In this document: in pieces, positions 1 to 9,242 of the stretch
How positions within the stretch are numbered: the stretch's first letter is position 1
Layout: every line of letters starts with the position of its first letter
Assembly: GCA_965221955.1 (NCBI GenBank)
Contig: CBDCTA010000022.1
Coordinates: forward strand, 32,001-96,000
Direction of reading: 5' to 3'
Length of the DNA stretch: 64,000 nt
Source: Gammaproteobacteria bacterium
GTDB lineage: Bacteria; Pseudomonadota; Gammaproteobacteria; UBA4575
Translations under genes and position numbers: made by a program
The notes under the pieces: generated by a model
Seen by the model: only the letters and a program-made list of their open reading frames with translations
Database searches by the model: none
Told to the model about the DNA's origin: nothing

Positions 1-2
1 AT

Positions 3-1001
3 GCAGACAAAAGTAACGCACTTTTAATTTGCCATGCGCTTTCAGGAGACCAACATGTAGCTGGCTACAATAGCATGGAAGATCGTAAGCCAGGCTGGTG
101 GGATAATTGCATTGGCCCTGGCAAGCCTTTCGATACTAATCGTTTTTTTATTGTCTGCCCAAATAATCTGGGCGGTTGCAAAGGCAGCAGTGGCCCTAAC
201 ACGATCAATCCAAAAACAGGTAAGCCTTATGGCCCAGACTTTCCATTAGTCACTGTACATGATTGGGTGGTTAGCCAAGGACGCCTCGCTGACTCACTAG
301 GTATACAACAATGGGCCGCAGTAATTGGTGGCAGTCTTGGTGGCATGCAAGTCATGCAGTGGGCTATTGATTACCCTGAAAGATTACGTCATGCCTTAGT
401 AATTGCTGCTACACCAAAGCTAACCGCACAAAATATTGCCTTTAACGAAGTCGCTCGTCAGGCAATTTTTTCTGATCCGGATTTTCATGAGGGTCGTTTT
501 TATGAGCACGATACCATTCCTCGCCAAGGCTTAATGCTTGCACGTATGCTTGGGCACATTACTTATTTATCTGATGATGCAATGCGAGAAAAATTTGGTC
601 GTGATTTGCGCGAAGGTAAACTGAACTTCGGTTTTGATGTTGAATTTCAAGTCGAGAGTTACTTACGTTATCAAGGTAAATCTTTTGTTAATCGTTTTGA
701 TGCCAATACTTATTTACTCATGACAAAAGTGCTTGATTATTTTGATCCTGCATTACAATTTGATCACGATTTATCACAAGCATTTATAAATACAGATGCA
801 AATTTTTTAGTCATTTCCTTTACAGGTGACTGGAGGTTTACACCTGCACGTTCGCGTGAAATTGTGCGCGCACTCATTGCTGCAAACAAAAAGGTAAGCT
901 ATGCAGAAATTGGAGCAGAACTAGGACACGATGCTTTTCTTACCTCTATCCCCGAATACCATAGCGTGTTACGTGCTTATATGGACAAAATTAATATCTA
1001 A
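3..1001 (+). CDS. metX: Homoserine O-acetyltransferase (5' truncated by window edge)
   Basis: Frame is open from base 3 ([18 protein letters not shown]). Contains GGSLGGMQ nucleophile and GHDAFL motifs. Adjacent to metW. Confidence 0.95.
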   Translation, partial: ADKSNALLICHALSGDQHVAGYNSMEDRKPGWWDNCIGPGKPFDTNRFFIVCPNNLGGCKGSSGPNTINPKTGKPYGPDFPLVTVHDWVVSQGRLADSLGIQQWAAVIGGSLGGMQVMQWAIDYPERLRHALVIAATPKLTAQNIAFNEVARQAIFSDPDFHEGRFYEHDTIPRQGLMLARMLGHITYLSDDAMREKFGRDLREGKLNFGFDVEFQVESYLRYQGKSFVNRFDANTYLLMTKVLDYFDPALQFDHDLSQAFINTDANFLVISFTGDWRFTPARSREIVRALIAANKKVSYAEIGAELGHDAFLTSIPEYHSVLRAYMDKINI

Positions 1002-1012
1002 AAGATACAAGC

Positions 1013-1639
1013 ATGAAAACATCTTCAACAGAACATTTAAGGCCCGATTTAGAACTGATATGTGAATGGATTAAACCCAACACACGTATTCTAGATTTAG
1101 GTTGTGGTGACGGTGCGTTGCTAAACCACTTACACAAAACACGCAATGTTTCTGGTTATGGACTAGAAATTGATCCAACAAACATCGTGCAATGTGTTTC
1201 AAAAGATGTGGATGTAATTCAAACCAACTTAGACGAAGGTATCACAGAATTTTTTGATGAGAATTCTTTTGACTATGTAGTAATGACACAAACCTTGCAA
1301 GCGATTCAACATCCAGAAAAACTATTAAGTGAAATGATGCGAATTGGTAAAGAAGGTATTGTCACTTTCCCAAACATGGCGTACTGGAAAAATCGCTTGC
1401 AATTAGCGTTGGGAGGACACATGCCCGTCACACGAACTTTGCCAAGTTCATGGTATGACACACCGAACATTCATTTATGTTCGTTACTGGATTTTGAGCA
1501 GCTATGCCAGGAAAATAGTATAAATATTATACAAAGAGCGATGGTTGATCATGCCCATCGCTATAGCGTGCGTTCCAAATTATTTCCCAATTTGCTTGGC
1601 GAAATTGCACTCTATCGTTTTAGTAAAAATTCAGCCTAA
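1013..1639 (+). CDS. metW: Methionine biosynthesis protein MetW (SAM-dependent methyltransferase fold)
   Basis: LDLGCGDG SAM motif and WYDTPNIH motif; directly downstream of metX. Confidence 0.93.
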   Translation: MKTSSTEHLRPDLELICEWIKPNTRILDLGCGDGALLNHLHKTRNVSGYGLEIDPTNIVQCVSKDVDVIQTNLDEGITEFFDENSFDYVVMTQTLQAIQHPEKLLSEMMRIGKEGIVTFPNMAYWKNRLQLALGGHMPVTRTLPSSWYDTPNIHLCSLLDFEQLCQENSINIIQRAMVDHAHRYSVRSKLFPNLLGEIALYRFSKNSA

Positions 1640-1823
1640 ACTCATTTTGGAACAAGTCTAATCGTAGATTTAGTTAGATAAGTTTCGTTTAGCATTCAAA
1701 ATAGTGGAAAAAGTGCTATGTTCCTCGCATTTTTTCCAACATTACTATTGTAATTTTTTTCATAGTGTTTGATCATACTGCCGCACTTAATTACTGTTCA
1801 TTATCGATTTAGAGGAATTATGC

Positions 1824-2153
1824 ATGGCCGCTACAAAAAGCTCATCTGTTAAGAAACCACCTACAAAATCAGAAATCTTGAATCGCATCGCTGACGATAC
1901 TGATCTTTCTCGCAAAGAGGTTGCATCGGTTCTTGAGTCTCTAGAAGGATTGATCGCTAAAGAATTGAAACCACGTGGCGCTGGTTACTTTAATCTTCCT
2001 GGTCTACTAAAGATTAAAGTTGTCAAAAAACCTGCCCGCAAAGCACGTAAAGGCATCAACCCATTCACTGGCGAAGAAATGATGTTTAAAGCAAAGCCTG
2101 CAAGTAAAGGGGTTAAAGTTCTACCGCTTAAAGGTTTAAAAAGCATGGTATAA
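1824..2153 (+). CDS. HU/IHF-family DNA-binding protein
   Basis: ARKGINPFTGEE beta-arm motif; basic 109-aa protein. Confidence 0.88.
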   Translation: MAATKSSSVKKPPTKSEILNRIADDTDLSRKEVASVLESLEGLIAKELKPRGAGYFNLPGLLKIKVVKKPARKARKGINPFTGEEMMFKAKPASKGVKVLPLKGLKSMV

Positions 2154-2156
2154 CAC

Positions 2157-2193
2157 AAAAGGGTGCGCTCATTTATTTAGCGCACCCTTTTTT
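2157..2193. terminator. Bidirectional intrinsic terminator
   Basis: AAAA-GGGTGCGCT-loop-AGCGCACCC-TTTTTT between convergent genes. Confidence 0.85.
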
Positions 2194-2207
2194 AGTTTAG
2201 TAACCTA

Positions 2208-2660
2208 CTAAACATCGGTTACATTTAGTTTGGTTTGAATAAAAACACTGTGTGGAATATAAAGTAAATCTGCAATTTTACGAATTTGATATTCCTCATA
2301 CTTATCTAGCTTGTCATCCGCGTAAGCAACACGCCACAAATCTTCCAGCAATACCTTTTTTTCTTCCGCAGAACAGCTGTCGTTAATTATTTTAATGAAT
2401 GGATGTATCGATACATGAGTATCTTGCTCGGTTCGTGCTAAATTAATTAAATTATTTGCTGCCTCATCAGAAAAGTTGAATCTTTCTGACAAGGATTTAG
2501 CAATTGAAGTTAATTCTTCACCTTGTATATCAAAATCCGCACGACTTACTTCTAGTAATAATGCCGTAGAAGCCAGATGCAATATTTGTTGCTCATCTAT
2601 TTCTTCTTCGTTTCCTTTACTAATTTTTTCTTGTACAAACTCACTAATCGCTTTGAACAT
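2208..2660 (-). CDS. TerB-family protein
   Basis: ALLLEVSRAD ... LWRVAYADDKLDKYEEYQIRKIADLL pattern. Confidence 0.85.
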   Translation of the reverse strand: MFKAISEFVQEKISKGNEEEIDEQQILHLASTALLLEVSRADFDIQGEELTSIAKSLSERFNFSDEAANNLINLARTEQDTHVSIHPFIKIINDSCSAEEKKVLLEDLWRVAYADDKLDKYEEYQIRKIADLLYIPHSVFIQTKLNVTDV

Positions 2661-2697
2661 TTTTGATTTTGTAATATAGGTTTTTTAGGAGTTAATT

Positions 2698-3009
2698 TTA
2701 ATTATTCGCGCGGTAATTTTGATAAGCGCCATTTTCAAAGCAATCAAAAAAATCTTCAGTAAGTGGATGAGTGATGGGTTCAGCACTAGTATCTGTTTCT
2801 AAATGTCGTTCTGCAACATAAGTTGTCATGAGCTGCCCATCAACTAATACGTGATACCATGGCTTATCCTTTGGCGGTTTAGACTTAGCCACTTTTTCAT
2901 ACCATTCTTCTGTGCCCGTATATTCAGCATCTACATCATAGATGACACCACGGTAATTAAATTTTTTATGCACGATCAGCTGACCAATTGAGAATTGTGC
3001 TTGATGCAT
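2698..3009 (-). CDS. hspQ: Heat shock protein HspQ (YccV-like)
   Basis: FSIGQLIVHKKFNYRGVIYDVD, KPWYHVLV and TYVAE motifs. Confidence 0.88.
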   Translation of the reverse strand: MHQAQFSIGQLIVHKKFNYRGVIYDVDAEYTGTEEWYEKVAKSKPPKDKPWYHVLVDGQLMTTYVAERHLETDTSAEPITHPLTEDFFDCFENGAYQNYRANN

Positions 3010-3181
3010 ATGACTGACTCCTGAAGTAGCAAATAATGATTAAAACTAAGGTGATTTTACGCTATCTATATTACTTCGGGGCAAAAGATACATGGTATAA
3101 ACAAAATAATCTGCTAGGCTATAGTCATTATAATTTTTACAGTTATATTGAGAAAACTCTCTTTTTATATATTGGCAATCA

Positions 3182-3481
3182 ATGACCACCCGAAGCAAAG
3201 AGCAGCGAATATTAGTCGTCATGCGAAAACTATTGGCTCAAATCGTAAAAGATACAACGCCAGGGCCCGGCATGCGTCATCCCTTAAGTGAACAAACCAT
3301 CAAGGATATTCGTGACTGCTTTGGTTTAATTTCAGCAAGAGAACGAGAACTTGCCGAACAGGCAGGCATCGAGAATAAAGACCGTCCACGCTACATTGAT
3401 GAACCCAAAACTTCTACCGTAGTCGAATTTAAAAAACCGCATAAACATTCTTCTGATAACAAATTAACTGATGACGATTGA
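3182..3481 (+). CDS. Conserved hypothetical small protein
   Basis: Plausible 99-aa ORF, co-oriented with the next two genes. Confidence 0.7.
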   Translation: MTTRSKEQRILVVMRKLLAQIVKDTTPGPGMRHPLSEQTIKDIRDCFGLISARERELAEQAGIENKDRPRYIDEPKTSTVVEFKKPHKHSSDNKLTDDD

Positions 3482-3514
3482 CCGCGTTAATTCAACGCCT
3501 AGTCATAATAACAA

Positions 3515-3919
3515 ATGTCGTCACTTTCCACACAGCAGCAAATTAATGTTACGCGCCATACTATGCGCATATTAGACGAGTGGGGAGTTTCTGGTAAAGA
3601 TATCATCCAACTTCTAGCCTTACCCAAAAATATACGTTTGCGTCATTTAGATCGATTCCGCGATGGTCAAACCTTTCCGGAATCAAACGAACTGATGGAA
3701 CGTGTAACTCATATTGCAGGCATTGCTGATGCATTACGTACAAGTTTTCCTCGCAATGCTCACATGGGAATCGTGTGGATGCAGACGCCACACCGTCGTT
3801 TTAAAAATCAAACACCTTTGAGCGTATTATCAGAACAGGGATTAAATGGCCTTCGTATGGTACGTTCAGAATTGGATTGCGCATTCTCTTGGGACGAATC
3901 GACTAACCACTATAAATAA
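3515..3919 (+). CDS. Antitoxin Xre/MbcA/ParS-like C-terminal domain (DUF2384-like) protein
   Basis: C-terminal WMQTPHRRFKNQTPL...GL..VRSELD pattern. Confidence 0.65.
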   Translation: MSSLSTQQQINVTRHTMRILDEWGVSGKDIIQLLALPKNIRLRHLDRFRDGQTFPESNELMERVTHIAGIADALRTSFPRNAHMGIVWMQTPHRRFKNQTPLSVLSEQGLNGLRMVRSELDCAFSWDESTNHYK

Positions 3920-4006
3920 TTTAATCCTGTCATTTGCAATGTTTGTTTCATATATAAACATGCACGTTTATAATATGAATACTTGTCAACTATTCAGCCT
4001 ATATAA

Positions 4007-4423
4007 ATGGAACTGCTAGCCGATATCAAAGTTAAGCTTGAACCTGGAGTAGAAATCACTGCAGAAAATAAATGTGGATTTTGTACTAATTCATATTGTT
4101 GCAGCTATGTTACCGAGGAGCTTGAAACTCCAAAAACAAAAACTGACTTCGAGCATATGTTATGGCAAGTCTCACATAAAAATGTTTCCGTTTATAAAGA
4201 TGATGAAGGTTGGTGGGTCTCATTTGCTGCTAAGTGTGATCACTTACAACCCGATGGAGGCTGCGGCATCTATGAAGTACGCCCACAAATCTGCCGTGAT
4301 CATACTAACGATTATTGTGAGTTTGATTCACCTGCAGAAGATGATTTCGATCTCTACTTCCCTGACTATGCAACCTTACTGAAGTATTGCAAAAAACGCT
4401 TCAAGCGCTGGAAGCGAGGATAA
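4007..4423 (+). CDS. YkgJ-family cysteine-cluster protein
   Basis: CxxC-x3-CC ... C-x7-C-x-IYEVRPQICR cysteine pattern. Confidence 0.85.
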   Translation: MELLADIKVKLEPGVEITAENKCGFCTNSYCCSYVTEELETPKTKTDFEHMLWQVSHKNVSVYKDDEGWWVSFAAKCDHLQPDGGCGIYEVRPQICRDHTNDYCEFDSPAEDDFDLYFPDYATLLKYCKKRFKRWKRG

Positions 4424-4432
4424 GCCTGTTAT

Positions 4433-5092
4433 TTAGGGCATAATTTCTTCAAAATTTGCTATAGCAGGGTAATGCAAAGTGTCTTGAGTAGGCTTTGAAC
4501 TATCCGGCTGTTTTATAGTGACTAAATGCTTCACTCCATATTCTTCTGCCGCTGCCAGCACTGCAAGGTTGTCATCTATAAAAAGTGTTGACCTGGGATC
4601 AAAAGGTTCAGCCTGCATGAGTTTATGCCAAAATTCTGCTTCTTCTTTAGCATGCCCATAATCGTGTGAAGAGATGATTTTTTCAAAATGACTTTCAAGG
4701 TTCAGATGATCCATTTTCACAGCAATACTTTTACGGTGTGCATTAGTCACTAAGGCAATATTTTTACCAAGATGATTGAGTTTACCCAAGAACTTTTCAA
4801 CGTTTGGGAAGATCTGAATATGTTTAGAGACCTCACGTTTTAATGCAGCAATATCTAATTCTAATTCATCACTCCAATAATCAATACAATACCAATCTAA
4901 TGAACCTGACTTACTCTTATAACGTGCAAGTAATTCTTGCTTGGCATCCTTGAATTGAATCGCGTGCTTTTCGCTAAATCGCAATGGCACATGCTCATGC
5001 CAGAAATAATTATCAAAATACAAATCCAACAACGTGCCATCCATATCTAAAAAGACAGTGGTAATCGTTTTCCAGTCCATCAGTGTTTGCAT
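4433..5092 (-). CDS. yrfG: GMP/IMP nucleotidase (HAD superfamily)
   Basis: FLDMDGTLLDLYFDNYFW, LVTNAH and LFIDDN motifs. Confidence 0.9.
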   Translation of the reverse strand: MQTLMDWKTITTVFLDMDGTLLDLYFDNYFWHEHVPLRFSEKHAIQFKDAKQELLARYKSKSGSLDWYCIDYWSDELELDIAALKREVSKHIQIFPNVEKFLGKLNHLGKNIALVTNAHRKSIAVKMDHLNLESHFEKIISSHDYGHAKEEAEFWHKLMQAEPFDPRSTLFIDDNLAVLAAAEEYGVKHLVTIKQPDSSKPTQDTLHYPAIANFEEIMP

Positions 5093-5122
5093 TAAATAGT
5101 AGATCCTTGATAATTACTCAAC

Positions 5123-5944
5123 ATGGAAATGAATGATATACGGCTAAAGAAGCTGGTCAATCCTGTTTGCGAAATAGCAAAACAAGCAGGTGCTGAAATC
5201 AAGAAAATTTATTCAGAAGGATTTGAGATTCAGGAAAAAAATGACCACTCACCTCTTACGACGGCTGATATTGCCTCACATGAAATTATTACTAGTGAGT
5301 TAAAAATGCTCACTCCAGATATTCCACTTTTGTCTGAAGAATCTACTTCAATTTCTTTTAACGAACGATCAAGTTGGAAAAACTATTGGCTAATTGATCC
5401 TCTTGATGGCACACGCGAATTTATTAAACGCAATGGCGAATTCACTGTTAACATCGCATTAATAATGGAACACAGTTCAAACCTAGGAGTAGTATACGCC
5501 CCAGTACAAGATGTTACGTATTTCGCTTCTCGAAATTATGGGGCATACAAACAAACTGAGAATCAAACGCCCGAAAAAATAACAGCTCGAACTTCTACCC
5601 CTGATAATAAACCTACTATATGTGGCAGTCGTTCACATGCCGGAAAATCGCTACAAGCTCTACAAGACAAAATTGGTGATTTTGAATTAATTAGTATGGG
5701 CAGCTCAATAAAAATGTGCTTGGTAGCAGAAGGGGTTGCAGATATTTATCCGCGCTTTGGGCCCACATCAGAATGGGACACTGCTGCTGCACATTGCATT
5801 GTCAACGAATCAGGAGGGAAAATTGTAGACACTGAACTGAAAACACTACGCTACAACACCAAAGATTCGCTGCTAAACCCCTCGTTTCTTGCAATTGGTG
5901 ATATGAATCAACAGTGGCGAGACTTTCTTAGCAGTAATCTATAG
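5123..5944 (+). CDS. cysQ: 3'(2'),5'-bisphosphate nucleotidase
   Basis: LSEE, WLIDPLDGTREF and EWDTAAAH motifs. Confidence 0.95.
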   Translation: MEMNDIRLKKLVNPVCEIAKQAGAEIKKIYSEGFEIQEKNDHSPLTTADIASHEIITSELKMLTPDIPLLSEESTSISFNERSSWKNYWLIDPLDGTREFIKRNGEFTVNIALIMEHSSNLGVVYAPVQDVTYFASRNYGAYKQTENQTPEKITARTSTPDNKPTICGSRSHAGKSLQALQDKIGDFELISMGSSIKMCLVAEGVADIYPRFGPTSEWDTAAAHCIVNESGGKIVDTELKTLRYNTKDSLLNPSFLAIGDMNQQWRDFLSSNL

Positions 5945-5956
5945 CAGTTAAACTGA

Positions 5957-6373
5957 TTAAAAAGCGGGTAGTTCTCCATCGAGAAACCAAGTTTCCGCTT
6001 CTTCCAAGTACCACCAGTTTTGGGTGTCACGTATGCTTTTTACTGCATTAGTTGTTTCAAAATAGTATGAAATCTCTGCATGCACAACAGCCGTTTTTAA
6101 ATCCTCGCCCATTGCCACTTTCTTGATTTCATAATCCGTCACACGCACGTCTTTATATTCCTCAAGATCAACCTCAACAGTAGATTCATCTTGATGGCGA
6201 ATCATATTTACCGCACCTTCATACTCCCGCCAACGTAACAAGCGGCCATAAAGTCGAGAGCGTTCATCAAAAGTGTTGAGAGTTTTATTTTTCTGTGTTG
6301 AAGCACAGCCTTGTATAGATAAAGCTGAACATAGTAAAAAGCCGACAATAATAAAAACTACTTTAGCTTTCAT
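5957..6373 (-). CDS. Hypothetical lipoprotein
   Basis: Hydrophobic N-terminus followed by lipobox-like IQGC. Confidence 0.65.
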   Translation of the reverse strand: MKAKVVFIIVGFLLCSALSIQGCASTQKNKTLNTFDERSRLYGRLLRWREYEGAVNMIRHQDESTVEVDLEEYKDVRVTDYEIKKVAMGEDLKTAVVHAEISYYFETTNAVKSIRDTQNWWYLEEAETWFLDGELPAF

Positions 6374-6382
6374 AATAATTAG

Positions 6383-7405
6383 TTAAACACTCCAGTTTTG
6401 TAAAACGATTTTACCAATCGTATGTCGCCCTTCAATTTCAGCATGTGCAGCTTTTAAATTTGCAGCATTAATTGGTTCTAGTACTTTATTTGTTGTCGTT
6501 TTAATCGTGCCGGCATCTACAAGTTCAGCTACACGATTTAATATATTATGTTGTTCAATCATATCATCAGTTTCATACATAGAACGTGTGAACATGAACT
6601 CCCATGAGAATGTAGCACTCTTACTCTTCAATGCACCTAAATCTACATCACCCGCAGTTTCTACGATGGAACAAATTTTACCTTGTGGCTTAATCACGGT
6701 AGCGATCGATTGCCAATGCTCATCCGTATCATTGAAACATAAAACATAATCGTATCCTTCTATACTTAGTTCCTGAACCTGCTCGGGAATATCAAGATAA
6801 TGATTGATGATATGATCCACACCTAAATCTTTACACCATTTTTTCGACTCGGGACGTGAAGCGGTAACTGTGATAGAAAGTTTTGTCAGTTGTTTGGCAA
6901 ATTGAGTAGCTACAGAGCCCACCCCTCCTGCACCACCTATAATGAGTAATTCCTTGCCTGCATCTTCATTACCTTGGCTAATTTCCAAACGATCAAACAT
7001 TGACTCCCATGCCGTAATACTGGTCAGCGGCATGGCAGCAGCTTGCGCAAAATCTAAGGACTTCGGTTTATTACCTACAATGCGCTCATCCACAATATGA
7101 AATTCGCTATTGCATCCAGGCTGTATAAAACTACCCGCATAAAAAACCTCATCACCTGCTTTAAACAGAGTGACATCAGGCCCAACTGCTTCAACCACCC
7201 CCGCAGCATCCCAGCCCAAAATTCTTGGACTTTCCTCAACCTTATCCTGTGGTGCCCGCATTTTTGTATCGACCGGATTCACCGCAACGGCGCGCACAGC
7301 AACCAATAACTCTTGCCCTTGTGGGCTGGGTTGGTCGATCTCAACATCAACCAAAGAATCCGGTGCATCAATAGGAAGGTATTTATATAAGCCAACTGCT
7401 TTCAA
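6383..7405 (-). CDS. Zinc-type alcohol dehydrogenase-like / NADPH:quinone reductase family protein
   Basis: AVNPVDTK, LGWDAAG, IIGGAGGVGS and WEFMFTRS motifs. Confidence 0.92.
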   Translation of the reverse strand: MKAVGLYKYLPIDAPDSLVDVEIDQPSPQGQELLVAVRAVAVNPVDTKMRAPQDKVEESPRILGWDAAGVVEAVGPDVTLFKAGDEVFYAGSFIQPGCNSEFHIVDERIVGNKPKSLDFAQAAAMPLTSITAWESMFDRLEISQGNEDAGKELLIIGGAGGVGSVATQFAKQLTKLSITVTASRPESKKWCKDLGVDHIINHYLDIPEQVQELSIEGYDYVLCFNDTDEHWQSIATVIKPQGKICSIVETAGDVDLGALKSKSATFSWEFMFTRSMYETDDMIEQHNILNRVAELVDAGTIKTTTNKVLEPINAANLKAAHAEIEGRHTIGKIVLQNWSV

Positions 7406-7519
7406 GATTGGTCTCCAGGTTATTTATGTAAGTGTGTTTACGGCAGATCCGTATTATTCCATATAAATCGCGTCTATCGTGCTGACAGAATACTTTTTAA
7501 CCATTAAATTAATATTATA

Positions 7520-7579
7520 GTGAGCGCAGGGATGCGCGAATATAAGGTCCATCAGGGATGATGCAACAGAGTAAAGTTA
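7520..7579 (+). repeat. 60-bp double-hairpin repeat, copy R1
   Basis: GTGAGCGCAGGGATGCGCGAATATAAGGTCCATCAGGGATGATGCAACAGAGTAAAGTTA aligns without gaps to 8690-8749 (-), 9419-9478 (-) and 13729-13788 (+). Confidence 0.9.
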
Positions 7580-7628
7580 AATATACTCAAAAAATGAACA
7601 ATTTTAAAAGTCCTAACCTGGTCTCAAA

Positions 7629-7658
7629 AATGACCGCTTTTGGCCAATAGCGGTCATT
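7629..7658. repeat. 30-bp dyad site S1 (putative recombination site)
   Basis: AATGACCGCTTT-TGGCCA-ATAGCGGTCATT; contains the TGA stop of 7654..8064. Confidence 0.85.
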
Positions 7659-8064
7659 CTTCATTCTCAACAATCTCTTCCGAGACACCCATTGTCCTAA
7701 TAAATAAAAGAAATATTACGATTGCTGCAAAACTTCGTGAAAATATTTGACCAAAACTAATAAACTCTGAAATAAATATGAGCAGCACCAATATGCAACT
7801 GGCTATAGACCAAATTGGCGCATAGTTAAGAATTTTCCATTTAGACCTATCTTCATTTATATCACTAAAATAGTGTATACATAATATCAACGCCAAGGAC
7901 ATGACTGTGATAATCACTAGACTAAAAACAGTTCTGTTACTTGATACAATAATGTAAATCCAAAGAGGGATAGAATAACTTATGCTTTTATAAAAATTTG
8001 TATCTACAAGTTCAGATATTTTTTGGCCTTTTTTGGTAAATAAAAACAAATCTTTAAAGTTCAT
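7654..8064 (-). CDS. Hypothetical membrane protein (cassette-like gene 1)
   Basis: 136 aa, about four hydrophobic segments, AT-rich, bounded by S1 and S2. Confidence 0.65.
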   Translation of the reverse strand: MNFKDLFLFTKKGQKISELVDTNFYKSISYSIPLWIYIIVSSNRTVFSLVIITVMSLALILCIHYFSDINEDRSKWKILNYAPIWSIASCILVLLIFISEFISFGQIFSRSFAAIVIFLLFIRTMGVSEEIVENEE

Positions 8065-8088
8065 TTTTCCATAGCGCCTGTAAAATAT

Positions 8089-8118
8089 TATGTCCGCTTT
8101 GGGTTGTTAGCAGACATT
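8089..8118. repeat. 30-bp dyad site S2
   Basis: TATGTCCGCTTT-GGGTTG-TTAGCAGACATT. Confidence 0.85.
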
Positions 8119-8171
8119 TTGAACGTTTGTTTTGAAGTTTCCAACCTGACTTCCCCTAAATTGATCTTAAT

Positions 8172-8201
8172 TTTGTCCGCTTTCGGCCAATAGCGGACAT
8201 T
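8172..8201. repeat. 30-bp dyad site S3
   Basis: TTTGTCCGCTTT-CGGCCA-ATAGCGGACATT; last base overlaps the TAA stop of 8201..8593. Confidence 0.85.
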
Positions 8202-8593
8202 TAATTACTTAATAAATCATCCATTTTATTCCAAGCTTCATTCTTAGAATAATTCTCCCTATCACATTTTTCAGCAGTGTTTTCATCAACCTCTAAATTA
8301 TCAATTAATTTATTTGTAAGACAAACTGGATCAATAACCTCTTTCCCTTTTTCTCTTTGATCTAAAACAAATTTAGATTCAACTGTAATGCAATGGTTAA
8401 TCGCCAGCATAAATGTTTCCTCACAGCTATTTTTAGACACTTCCCAACAAGCAAGCAGGTCATTATTTCCACATAATAATTCACTTATGTGAGTTTCATA
8501 AAATATTTGTGATTCACTTTTTTTGTCATCTGAACAAGAAGCTAGTAGAACTGCTGCAAAGATATAAATTAATATAATGAGATAGTTGGACAT
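8201..8593 (-). CDS. Hypothetical Cys-rich lipoprotein (cassette-like gene 2)
   Basis: LLASC lipobox plus six further Cys; AT-rich; bounded by S3 and S4. Confidence 0.7.
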   Translation of the reverse strand: MSNYLIILIYIFAAVLLASCSDDKKSESQIFYETHISELLCGNNDLLACWEVSKNSCEETFMLAINHCITVESKFVLDQREKGKEVIDPVCLTNKLIDNLEVDENTAEKCDRENYSKNEAWNKMDDLLSN

Positions 8594-8610
8594 AAATGTA
8601 TTACGGTGTG

Positions 8611-8640
8611 AATGTCCGCTTTGGGTCGTTAGCGGTCATT
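8611..8640. repeat. 30-bp dyad site S4
   Basis: AATGTCCGCTTT-GGGTCG-TTAGCGGTCATT. Confidence 0.88.
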
Positions 8641-8689
8641 TTAATGATCTGATTTGTATTACCCAACCTGCTCATTATTCAAGTCTATC

Positions 8690-8749
8690 TAACTTTAATC
8701 TGTTGCATCGTCCTTGATGAAACTCATATTCGCGCATCCATACGCTTAC
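8690..8749 (-). repeat. 60-bp double-hairpin repeat, copy R2
   Basis: Reverse complement matches R1 at 51/60 positions by hand count. Confidence 0.9.
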
Positions 8750-8750
8750 A

Positions 8751-8772
8751 CTTTGAGTTGTAAGCAGTCATG
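8751..8772. repeat. Partial dyad site S5 (left arm replaced by the R2 end)
   Basis: CTTT-GAGTTG-TAAGCAGTCATG retains the spacer and right arm. Confidence 0.6.
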
Positions 8773-8824
8773 CGAAGCTTATAACAGAGAACTAATGTAG
8801 ATACGTAATGTTATTATTTAGCTC

Positions 8825-9211
8825 TTATAATTGCTCTATCACTTTCTTTAGTTTTTCTTGCACTTGATTCGCAATATCCCCTAATTTAGCATTCTCAATC
8901 GCGCGCATAGAGGCAATTGGGTCTACAGCTGAAACTTCTATCTCGCCATCATTCGTTTCTTGAACAACTACGTTGCATGGCAACATAGTTCCTATTTTAT
9001 TTTCTGCTTGCAGTGCTTGATATGCAAACGGTGGGTTGCATGCACCTAAGATACGATAGTTTTTATAGTCAACGTCCAACTTCTTTTTCAAAGTTGCTTT
9101 TACATCAATGTCTGTTAACACACCAAATCCTTCTTTTTTCAACTCCTCCGTAACCTTTTCTACAGCTTCGTCGAATGGAATTTTCATTTTGGTACTAAAG
9201 TAATAGTTCAT
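8825..9211 (-). CDS. DUF302 family protein (cassette-like gene 3)
   Basis: GFGVLTDIDV, YRILGACNP and LPCNVVV motifs. Confidence 0.92.
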   Translation of the reverse strand: MNYYFSTKMKIPFDEAVEKVTEELKKEGFGVLTDIDVKATLKKKLDVDYKNYRILGACNPPFAYQALQAENKIGTMLPCNVVVQETNDGEIEVSAVDPIASMRAIENAKLGDIANQVQEKLKKVIEQL

Positions 9212-9242
9212 ATTATTCCTCTATTAAAGTAATTGTTTATGA

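Noticed and set aside
7629-8640. CRISPR array
   Set aside because: Repeat length fits, but the intervals are 430, 53 and 409 bp and contain whole genes. No cas genes are present.
7629-8640. Canonical XerCD dif/pdif sites or intrinsic terminators
   Set aside because: There is no TTATGTTAAAT-like XerD arm. The sites also occur at gene 5' ends, have conserved arm sequence and lack consistent U tracts.
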